From NCBI GenBank assembly GCA_038064875.1, contig JBBTSC010000001.1:187004-251003 (forward strand): a stretch of DNA of 64,000 nucleotides, written 5' to 3'. Positions 1 to 6,831 of the stretch are shown piece after piece (the stretch's first letter is position 1; each line of letters begins with the position of its first letter). A model generated the notes under the pieces. The model made no database searches and was not told where the DNA came from. It worked only from the letters and a program-made list of their open reading frames with translations. The position numbers were made by a program, and so were the translations under genes. The stretch comes from Patescibacteria group bacterium. Lineage in GTDB: Bacteria > Patescibacteriota > Saccharimonadia > Saccharimonadales > 2-12-FULL-41-12.

Positions 1-804
1 GAGGCCAAGTTACAGGTAGAAGACATCACCAAGATTGTAGCAAGAGATCTGCCAGAATTTGACTTTCTGTTGGCTGGGTTCCCCTGCCAAGCGTTCTCGA
101 TAGCTGGCTATAGGCAAGGATTTAAGGACGAGAAAGGTCGAGGTAACCTCTTTTTCGACATAGCGCGGATTTTAGAAGTCCGCCAGCCCGAAGGCTTTTT
201 GCTAGAGAACGTAAAGAATCTAAAGACCCATGACGGGGGCAACACCTACAAAGTTATAGAAAAGACCCTAAATGACCTGGGCTACACCGTCCGCACAAAG
301 GTGCTTAACAGTATGGAATACGGCAACGTCCCGCAAAACAGAGAGAGAATATATATCGTAGGGTTCAAAGACCATGCCAAGACCGAGGCTTTTGAGTTCC
401 CTGCACCTACCAAATTGACCAAGTCAGTTGTAGATATTTTAGAAAAAGATGTTGACGCCAAATACTACTACACTGGCAAGCCACTGCATCAAAAACTAGT
501 AGATGATGTTACGGAGCTTGGCGCTGTCTATCAGTGGCGCCGTAAATACGTGCGCAAGAACAAAAAAGGTGTCTGCCCTACTCTGACTGCAAATATGGGG
601 ATGGGTGGTCACAACGTGCCGATTATCTTTGACGGCAAAGGTATCCGCAAGCTAACCCCGCGTGAATGTGCCCGATTGCAAGGATACCCGGATACTTACA
701 TTTTGCCAGATCTTGCAGACTCTACACTCTACAAACAGCTAGGTAACTCAGTGACAGTGCCGGTACTAGAGCGGATAGCAAAGAACATGCAGGTAGTTTT
801 GTAG
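1..804 (+). CDS. DNA (cytosine-5)-methyltransferase, N-terminus cut by window edge
   Basis: Frame 1 is open from nt 1, so the listed TTG at 70 is internal. C5-MTase motifs appear in order: GFPCQAFS (IV), LLENVKNL (VI), QNRERIYIVG (VIII), RKLTPRECARLQGYPD (IX), GNSVTVPV (X). Confidence 0.9.
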   Translation, partial: EAKLQVEDITKIVARDLPEFDFLLAGFPCQAFSIAGYRQGFKDEKGRGNLFFDIARILEVRQPEGFLLENVKNLKTHDGGNTYKVIEKTLNDLGYTVRTKVLNSMEYGNVPQNRERIYIVGFKDHAKTEAFEFPAPTKLTKSVVDILEKDVDAKYYYTGKPLHQKLVDDVTELGAVYQWRRKYVRKNKKGVCPTLTANMGMGGHNVPIIFDGKGIRKLTPRECARLQGYPDTYILPDLADSTLYKQLGNSVTVPVLERIAKNMQVVL

Positions 805-809
805 TATCT

Positions 810-1370
810 CTACCAGACCTGGACGTTGGTAGCTAGTGGCTTGATACCATGCTCTTTTGCAAGTTCTTTGATACTGAGTCGTGGACGTCTTTTGCCTGTT
901 TGTTGGTCTGTTAGAGCCTCTTTGCTGTTGACCTTTGCCTCATATAGCAAGTTGTTGGGTATCTTGTATACAGAGAACCTGCCGTCTAGCTTGCCATCGT
1001 TATAAAAGTCCATGAAATACAGGTCATCCCACTTAGATTTGGGGCCAAATGACGTCACATCTTTTTTGATACTAGTAGCCTTTATCTGCTCCGCCCTGCT
1101 GGTTGTAGAGTTAAAGGTATCGAACGATGTGTTAGATAGCTTGTATGCCTTAAGTAGCCTGGAAGACCCTGACCACATGCAAAAGGCAATCTCTGATAGT
1201 CCTTCTGGGAAGTTAGGCGCACGGCTTTCGTAATCGTTCAGGCTGACTTTTAGAGTGCGCCAGTGGTCAAATATCTCTTTCCACTTTTTTCTATCAGACT
1301 TATCAAAGTCCGCCAAAGTCAGTGTGCAATCTTCCCCAAAAACAGTAGCTTGTATCTTCCTAGTTTTCAT
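810..1370 (-). CDS. putative type II restriction endonuclease, partner of the C5-MTase (family not certain, possibly Bsp6I-like)
   Basis: 186-aa ORF convergent with the MTase, with stops 5 nt apart. Size and layout are typical of a type II R-M pair. No catalytic motif could be assigned with certainty by eye. Confidence 0.45.
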   Translation of the reverse strand: MKTRKIQATVFGEDCTLTLADFDKSDRKKWKEIFDHWRTLKVSLNDYESRAPNFPEGLSEIAFCMWSGSSRLLKAYKLSNTSFDTFNSTTSRAEQIKATSIKKDVTSFGPKSKWDDLYFMDFYNDGKLDGRFSVYKIPNNLLYEAKVNSKEALTDQQTGKRRPRLSIKELAKEHGIKPLATNVQVW

Positions 1371-1459
1371 TATTACTTTCCAATGCTTGTTCAGATTCAG
1401 TCATTGATATTAATTATACATTCAAACACCTTGAAAGTTACTAAAATTAGCACTCTATA

Positions 1460-1488
1460 TTGACAAGTGCTGATGTATTTGCTACAAT
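1460..1488 (+). promoter_or_regulatory. consensus sigma70-type promoter (TTGACA-17 nt-TACAAT)
   Basis: TTGACA at 1460-1465, a 17-nt spacer, TACAAT at 1483-1488. The inverted repeat AGCACT (1449-1454) / AGTGCT (1466-1471) brackets the -35 box. Confidence 0.6.
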
Positions 1489-1512
1489 GGTTGCAAATTC
1501 GTTTAAATAAAA

Positions 1513-1632
1513 ATGACGAGTTTGGAGTCTTGGAGGGTAATATCCAAGCTTGAAAAGTCTAGAAAAAAACTGCCAGCAGTAACTGGCAGTGTGTACGCTT
1601 TAGTTTGGAACCTTTGCGTGCTCTTATTCTAG
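1513..1632 (+). CDS. candidate 39-aa peptide ORF with hydrophobic C-terminal half, inside the HNH operon leader
   Basis: ATG 1513 to TAG 1630-1632 translates MTSLESWRVISKLEKSRKKLPAVTGSVYALVWNLCVLLF. It is below the ORF-track cutoff. No Shine-Dalgarno sequence was seen. Confidence 0.25.
   Translation: MTSLESWRVISKLEKSRKKLPAVTGSVYALVWNLCVLLF
1563..1619 (-). ncRNA. candidate ~55-nt antisense RNA (extended -10 promoter to intrinsic terminator)
   Basis: Minus strand: TGCTAGAAT (1634-1626, TGn-extended -10). Downstream hairpin CTGCCAG/CTGGCAG (1570-1576 / 1583-1589) is followed on the minus strand by T7 (plus-strand A-run 1563-1569). On the plus strand the same hairpin has no U tract. Confidence 0.3.
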
Positions 1633-1666
1633 CATAAATAAAATAATGTCAGGATAGGAGATCTAA

Positions 1667-1978
1667 ATGGCAAACAAAACTAGACAAGGTAATGATTTTA
1701 CTTTGCAACAACGACAAACTGTCTGGGCTAAAGCTCAGTCTGTTTTGGGTAAAGACGATAATTATAAATTAGACCCCTGCGGGGCCTTGATGGTGTGGTC
1801 GGAATACGGTAAAACCGTAGAAAATGGTACAGGTTGGGAAATCGATCACATCAAACCAATATCAAAAGGTGGTACTGACGATCCTTGGAATTTGCAGGCA
1901 CTTCAGTGGGAGCATAATCGAAAAAAGGCTGATGGACCCAACATGGGTTATTGTATGAAGAAATGGACGGGTAAATAG
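1667..1978 (+). CDS. small stand-alone HNH endonuclease
   Basis: 103 aa with HNH core GWEIDHIKPISKGGTDDPWNLQALQWEHNRKKAD. RBS AGGAG lies 8 nt upstream. Confidence 0.85.
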   Translation: MANKTRQGNDFTLQQRQTVWAKAQSVLGKDDNYKLDPCGALMVWSEYGKTVENGTGWEIDHIKPISKGGTDDPWNLQALQWEHNRKKADGPNMGYCMKKWTGK

Positions 1979-1980
1979 TT

Positions 1981-2256
1981 ATGAGTATTAAAATTATTTC
2001 ATACGATCTTGGGGCACCTGAAACATCAGGCGACTATAAAGATCTGATCAAGTTCATCAAAGGCCTAGGTGACACATGTAAACCGCTTGAATCTCTTTGG
2101 CTTGTTAATACAAACAAGAAATGTGAATATATCAGGAATGAAGCTAAGCAATACATGGATTCCAATGACCGTATATTCGTAGCTAGGTGGGGTGTGGATG
2201 ATTGGGCGGGATTAAGACTCCGCAACGAAGCGGGTAAATGGCTCAATAATCTGTAG
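1981..2256 (+). CDS. hypothetical 91-aa protein, partner of the HNH gene
   Basis: Starts 2 nt after the HNH stop. No known motif. The alternating pattern is compatible with a small alpha/beta (ferredoxin-like) fold. Confidence 0.6.
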   Translation: MSIKIISYDLGAPETSGDYKDLIKFIKGLGDTCKPLESLWLVNTNKKCEYIRNEAKQYMDSNDRIFVARWGVDDWAGLRLRNEAGKWLNNL

Positions 2257-2308
2257 CAAATTGGTTGGGGTATAGTATCTAGTTACTGACACTTTAAGAG
2301 GAAGGTAA

Positions 2309-2761
2309 TTACGTATTAGTAAAATGTTTTGCAATACGTATGAAGCTTGCTTGTGATAGCCAGTCGATTTTTAATTCATCACAAGAAGTTCTTATTCCTT
2401 TCTCCTGAGTTACTAATATTGGTTTGATCTGCTCAAACTGCAGTTCACTCTGCTTACTGTTGCTGTCGTTTATTGCCAAAGCTGTAGCTAATAAAATTGC
2501 GTCCGCACATCCTTCATACAATTTAAGTATCTTGAATTTTTCGACACAGTCCTGGACAATTTCTTTCAGCCTCTCGCATTCTTTGACTTCTATATGATGT
2601 TGAAGTTTCTTGATAGAGTTAATAGATTTACTGTTTCTTGCTTCATATACAACCTCATCAACTATCCATACATTTTTTATGAAAAAATCACTCTCTATAT
2701 ACGGAACAATCGCCTTAGAGCAGATAACCATATTGTCGACGAGGTAGACTGTTCTTTCCAT
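2309..2761 (-). CDS. PIN-like nuclease domain protein (DUF4411-like)
   Basis: N-terminal VYLVDNMVI, mid VDEVVYE, C-terminal GCADAILLATALA...ILVTQEK...ELKIDWL. This matches the PIN/DUF4411 acidic-residue layout. Confidence 0.55.
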   Translation of the reverse strand: MERTVYLVDNMVICSKAIVPYIESDFFIKNVWIVDEVVYEARNSKSINSIKKLQHHIEVKECERLKEIVQDCVEKFKILKLYEGCADAILLATALAINDSNSKQSELQFEQIKPILVTQEKGIRTSCDELKIDWLSQASFIRIAKHFTNT

Positions 2762-2763
2762 AT

Positions 2764-3957
2764 CTAAACTTTCTTGAATACGTCAGAGGTGCGAATATCT
2801 CCTCGACCATATGCAAGGTGCAAGTTAATCTGTCTTTGTGTTAGTTTTCCATCGCTGTGAAGAGATTTTAGTATGCTGACAAAAGCTTTTCCATGATAAG
2901 CAACAATATTCTGAGGAACATTTGGCACATATCGACTTTTCCCTTCTTTTATAGCAGTCCTCTGTGCGACTTGCGAACGCTCGAACCTTGTTTTTAAAGA
3001 GCTCATCAGTACCCAATAGTTATCCTCGTCTGTTAGTAGTCCAACGTGCTTTAGGCGAACAAGGATTGCTCTTCCTGTCAATTTTAAATTATCTGAAAGT
3101 TTATCTATATCTTCTAAGTTGTAGATTGTCTTTCTCGGTAAATCATTTATTGGCAGGAGCATTTCTTCAACTATTTGATAAATTTCATCATCAGAACTTT
3201 CTTTTGCAATATCGTTAAGACTTACCATCTTTGATTCACCCTTGAACATACATACGACAAGATACATGATAGTAAAAATTTTTCTTCCGGCGCCACTCTC
3301 AAAGTCTTGTTGACCTTCATTAGCAATAAACAAATACGGAAAACGCTTGTCTTTAACGTAAACTCCAGAAACACCTTTTGCTCTATTCATATTTTGAGGC
3401 ATGTTTGTACTCGTCTCTAGTGCTACTAGAATGTTTTGCTTTTCTAGTTTGTCAATTAGGTACATCATTGCTGCAGGCTTACTTTTAGTTGCGCGAAAGT
3501 CTTTAAGACTTACATCAATTTTATCAAGTATGCATTGTGCTTGCTCAGCTACGCTTCTAGAAGAATTAACAAGATACTTCGGGTGTGGGTTATTTCCTGC
3601 GCCCAAGTATTTACGAATAAATGTCTGCTTGATTTTTAAGTCTTTTATAACCATGCGTACCAAGTTAAGATTAACTTTTTTTCCTCTTATGCTTATTGTA
3701 AAGTTGCCACTAAATCCTTGAAAGATTTTTTCATTCTCTTTTTCAATCATTGGCGCAAGCGAATCAAATGGCATGAAAAACAGTGCATAGTTAATGCGTG
3801 CTAGCCTAGCAAGCTCAACAAGTTCGCTCATTGCGATACTTCCCTTCTTCCGCGCCTCTAAATATTTTCTATCTTCGTACAGAGGACTATTATCGAACAA
3901 ATAACGAAATGTACGATCCTCTATCTGAACTTGCTTGTGTCGTATTGATATATGCAT
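2764..3957 (-). CDS. ImmA/IrrE (COG2856)-like protein lacking the HExxH zinc site, with a possible N-terminal HTH
   Basis: The block GVYVKDKRFPYLFIANEG...GRKIFTIMYLVVCMFKG...EIYQIVEEMLLPIND...LTGRAILVRLKHVGLL aligns by eye to the ImmA/IrrE core, but 'MYLVV' sits where HExxH should be. Its stop is 2 nt from the PIN start. Confidence 0.4.
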   Translation of the reverse strand: MHISIRHKQVQIEDRTFRYLFDNSPLYEDRKYLEARKKGSIAMSELVELARLARINYALFFMPFDSLAPMIEKENEKIFQGFSGNFTISIRGKKVNLNLVRMVIKDLKIKQTFIRKYLGAGNNPHPKYLVNSSRSVAEQAQCILDKIDVSLKDFRATKSKPAAMMYLIDKLEKQNILVALETSTNMPQNMNRAKGVSGVYVKDKRFPYLFIANEGQQDFESGAGRKIFTIMYLVVCMFKGESKMVSLNDIAKESSDDEIYQIVEEMLLPINDLPRKTIYNLEDIDKLSDNLKLTGRAILVRLKHVGLLTDEDNYWVLMSSLKTRFERSQVAQRTAIKEGKSRYVPNVPQNIVAYHGKAFVSILKSLHSDGKLTQRQINLHLAYGRGDIRTSDVFKKV

Positions 3958-4065
3958 TATACGAACACCCTATATGATAGTGATTTTTTGCTCTTCTGGC
4001 ATATCGTACCTCTTCTAATGTCTTCATCATATATTTTACTCTTCTCAATAGAGAAAAGCTAGAGG

Positions 4066-5730
4066 TTAGAGGGTGGTTTTTTGGTGTCTGCGGGCTATGA
4101 CAAATATAGTGATGGCTAGGAGTGCTACTACAATATTTAGCAATACATTTGGTTGGTGTTGGGCTACGCCTGTGTTGGGCGCGGTGGCTGTGGTCGTATT
4201 TGGGTTAGAAAATGTCACTGGGTCGACTATAGCGCCGTTGGCTGTGCCATCTTGGTCATATGCACCACCGTCTGTGAGGTTGTATGTCACGGTACTTTTG
4301 GTAACACCGCCTACTGTTGTTGTGCCAAAGGTCGCACCTGCAACAGTAGCGTATGCCTGAGTAGTTGAGTTGTATTGTCGAAGAACTGATCTGCTGGTGT
4401 CGTACTGTTTGTCATAAATGATAGTGACAGGTACTGTGGCGCCTGCTGACGGACAATAAAGTGTGAACCCAGTGAGATTGACCAATGGGTTAAAGCCAGT
4501 GTCTGTGGATATCGTACCGTTGGCTGTAGATGTTGGGGTGTCCATAGTACAGCCACCAGCGCTAGGTACTGTGACAGTACTAAACACTCCGTTTGTGTCA
4601 CTGACTGAGCCAACATATGGTTGGAAGGCATCGTCTGTGCTGTCGCCGTTGGCATCGCCTAGATTTGGTACGGTTGGGTTTTCAAAGTCTGAAATACCAC
4701 GCAGTGTTGGGTAACCAGATGTTGTCTGCCAGACGTTAGTGAAATCCCAGCTATTTAATGGTGCGTTTGTAGAGTTGTTTTTGAAATAATTTGGGTTGCT
4801 GTTTCCAGAGTTTACGCCTGTACAGCCAGAGCCTACACCGCAGGTGCTGGTGCCGTTTGTGGTAATGTCGAAATAGTTATTGGTAGACGTACCGCCACTG
4901 TCACTACCTATCACAGCATTGTATGAACCGCCACTACCTGTACGTGTGACCGCAGAGAAAGAGTTGCTAATAGGAGTTTGGCTGACCCCTACTAGACCGC
5001 CGTTGTAGTTACTTCCGGTGTTGAATGTCATACCGGAATAGACGCGGTTGATTGTACCACTAAAGTTACCTGCTGTTATGCCGGCTGCATAGGGAGTACC
5101 GGAGTTAAATGTGCCAGAACTAAAGCTATCAGTGATAGATGTCCCGCTGTCCCACAAGTCACCCGCCAAGCCACCAACGTAACCACTAGTGCTAGTTATT
5201 GTGCCAGTAAATGAGCTTTTAGAAATAGATGACGTGCCGTTCATATCGCCAACTATTCCGCCACTATAGCTAGCTGTATTGGAAAGTGTCATGCCGGAAT
5301 GTACGTTTATGAACTGGCTACTGCCGTTAGATGTAGAGGCGAAACTGCCGACATAGCCACCAGTAACGCTACCGTTGACTATCCAGATATTTTTTACGGT
5401 GCCGTTATTTACATTGTCAAATAGCCCTTTGTCGTTGATGCTGAGATTTGTGATCTTGTTGTTGCGACCATCTAGGGTGCCAGTAAAGGTGCCGAGATAT
5501 GTAAAGCTAACACCGTAGCAGTTGATGTCGGCGACTAGAACATAATAACCCGCAAGGTTGTTGTTGATCTCTTGTAGTTGTGAGCAAGTAGAAATTCGAT
5601 ATGGGTTGCCACTAGTACCAGCGCCGTAGGCTGAGAAAGCACCAACGCTCAAAGGAGCTATAACAATCTGGAGAGCTAAAAGCATCGCCACGAAAAATGA
5701 GCCGATTTTGAACGTTTTTGTTACCCTCAC
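4066..5730 (-). CDS. secreted, cell-surface-anchored repeat protein (GLUG-motif-like repeats, sortase-type C-terminal signal)
   Basis: N-terminal signal/TM (FFVAMLLALQIVIAPLSVGAF). Repeated ..SGGIVGD.., ..YVGGLAGD.., ..YNGGLVGV.. motifs. C-terminus has APNTG, a hydrophobic stretch (VLLNIVVALLAITIFVIA) and RRHQK, which is an LPXTG-like tripartite architecture. Confidence 0.75.
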   Translation of the reverse strand: MRVTKTFKIGSFFVAMLLALQIVIAPLSVGAFSAYGAGTSGNPYRISTCSQLQEINNNLAGYYVLVADINCYGVSFTYLGTFTGTLDGRNNKITNLSINDKGLFDNVNNGTVKNIWIVNGSVTGGYVGSFASTSNGSSQFINVHSGMTLSNTASYSGGIVGDMNGTSSISKSSFTGTITSTSGYVGGLAGDLWDSGTSITDSFSSGTFNSGTPYAAGITAGNFSGTINRVYSGMTFNTGSNYNGGLVGVSQTPISNSFSAVTRTGSGGSYNAVIGSDSGGTSTNNYFDITTNGTSTCGVGSGCTGVNSGNSNPNYFKNNSTNAPLNSWDFTNVWQTTSGYPTLRGISDFENPTVPNLGDANGDSTDDAFQPYVGSVSDTNGVFSTVTVPSAGGCTMDTPTSTANGTISTDTGFNPLVNLTGFTLYCPSAGATVPVTIIYDKQYDTSRSVLRQYNSTTQAYATVAGATFGTTTVGGVTKSTVTYNLTDGGAYDQDGTANGAIVDPVTFSNPNTTTATAPNTGVAQHQPNVLLNIVVALLAITIFVIARRHQKTTL

Positions 5731-5850
5731 AAAACCTCCGTGTAGTATTGCTTATGATTATATGGCCCAAAAGTTGTGAAGTCAATTTGTAATGGTAGAC
5801 ATATGTAATATTGAATTTCAATTTTTAACGGATTGTATTATGCTTATGCT

Positions 5851-6645
5851 ATGAGTATGCGTTCAAATGATAAGGGTTTTTCACATATATTAATCCTCAT
5901 TGTCTTGGTGGTTTTAGCAACTGTTGGTTTTGCTGTGTATAGAATTGCTAGCTCTGATAAAAAAAATAACCCAGAATCAACACAGCAATCTGCTAAATCA
6001 GGATCTCAAGATAGCTCTGGTGCAGAGAAAGATCTGAAGTTACAAAATATAGGTATAGATAACATTGATAATATAGATATCACTACAAATGCAGTTAGAG
6101 AATACGGGGATAAAGGTCTAAAAGGATTTTATGTATTCGGAGATAAGCTAGGAGGCAAGGATGATGTCCGCAAAAATCCTAATTTTGAATATTCTTCTTT
6201 GAAGCCCGGCACTAAAGTTATTTCTGCTATTGACGGCAAAGTTACATTTATCAAAGAACAAACAGATAGTGGCGACCGGGAAGTATTTATTCAACCAAAA
6301 GATGGATCTGTCTGGATAATTGGCTATGACCATCTGGTAAATGTCAAAGTAAAAAAGGATGACAACGTCAAAGCTGGTGACATAATAGGAGAGCCAGGCA
6401 TACAAAATAATGGATTACGACGTTTTGAAATACAGATCAATAAAGAAGAAAATGGTTCCACGACACATTACTGCCCTTCTGTGCTACTAGATTCGTCTGT
6501 AAAAGATTCTGTACTAGCGAGCCTTTTGAAGATGCAAAATAACTGGGAGACAACAACAGGTCTAGATCTTTACAGTGTGGAGTCACAAAATCCGGTTGGT
6601 TGCGTTGTAAAAACTATGACCCTCAAAGAAGCCGAGGGCAACTAG
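5851..6645 (+). CDS. membrane-anchored protein with a LytM/M23-like beta-barrel segment
   Basis: In-frame ATG at 5851 gives MSMRSNDKGFSHILILIVLVVLATVGF (TM). C-terminal part has VISAIDGKVTFIK...GYDHLVNVKVKKDDNVKAGDIIGEPG. Confidence 0.45.
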   Translation: MSMRSNDKGFSHILILIVLVVLATVGFAVYRIASSDKKNNPESTQQSAKSGSQDSSGAEKDLKLQNIGIDNIDNIDITTNAVREYGDKGLKGFYVFGDKLGGKDDVRKNPNFEYSSLKPGTKVISAIDGKVTFIKEQTDSGDREVFIQPKDGSVWIIGYDHLVNVKVKKDDNVKAGDIIGEPGIQNNGLRRFEIQINKEENGSTTHYCPSVLLDSSVKDSVLASLLKMQNNWETTTGLDLYSVESQNPVGCVVKTMTLKEAEGN

Positions 6646-6675
6646 TAACCCAAACACACCCAAGATTCAGAACAT

Positions 6676-6702
6676 ATAAAAAGCTCACCTTCAGAGTGAG
6701 CT
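6676..6702 (-). terminator. rho-independent terminator after tRNA-Gln
   Basis: Stem AGCTCAC (6682-6688) / GTGAGCT (6696-6702), followed on the minus strand by a T-run (plus-strand A-run 6678-6682). Confidence 0.6.
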
Positions 6703-6707
6703 ACATA

Positions 6708-6782
6708 TGGCTGGGGAGGAGGGATTCGAACCCCCGAATGCCAGTACCAAAAACTGGTGCCTTACCACTTGGCGACTCCCCA
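6708..6782 (-). tRNA. tRNA-Gln (anticodon UUG)
   Basis: Reverse complement is UGGGGAG..CCAGU-UUUUGGU-ACUGG..GGGGGUUCGAAUCCCUC-CUCCCCA-G-CCA. Cloverleaf folds, CCA is encoded, and it is very similar to classical bacterial tRNA-Gln. Confidence 0.9.
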
Positions 6783-6795
6783 TCAACTCTCATCA

Positions 6796-6824
6796 ATTCT
6801 AACAAATATTTGCCTCTGTAACAA
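6796..6824 (-). promoter_or_regulatory. candidate promoter of tRNA-Gln (TTGTTA-17-TAGAAT)
   Basis: Minus strand: TTGTTA at 6824-6819, a 17-nt spacer, TAGAAT at 6801-6796, about 14 nt upstream of the tRNA 5' end. Confidence 0.4.
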
Positions 6825-6831
6825 GGAAGAA

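Noticed and set aside
5851-5935. Type IV prepilin-like N-terminus (…DKGFSHILILIVLVVLATVGF…) in the M23-like protein.
   Set aside because: There is a G-F followed by a hydrophobic helix, but no Glu at +5 and no short basic leader of the usual form. A plain signal-anchor is the simpler reading.
6600-6821. ORF-track CDSs overlapping tRNA genes: 6600-6821 (+) over tRNA-Gln, 34600-34882 (+) over tRNA-Trp and antisense to rpmG, and 37301-37525 (+) over tRNA-Tyr and tRNA-Thr.
   Set aside because: The sequence is fully explained by well-folding tRNAs, and the translations are meaningless.
6646-6831. An attachment site or integrase footprint at tRNA-Gln (a repeat of the tRNA 3' end elsewhere in the window).
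   Set aside because: The only similar string (GGGATTCGAACCCCCGAA at ~37364) is the T-arm of tRNA-Tyr. No partial tRNA-Gln copy or integrase gene lies in the window, so island integration remains only an inference.
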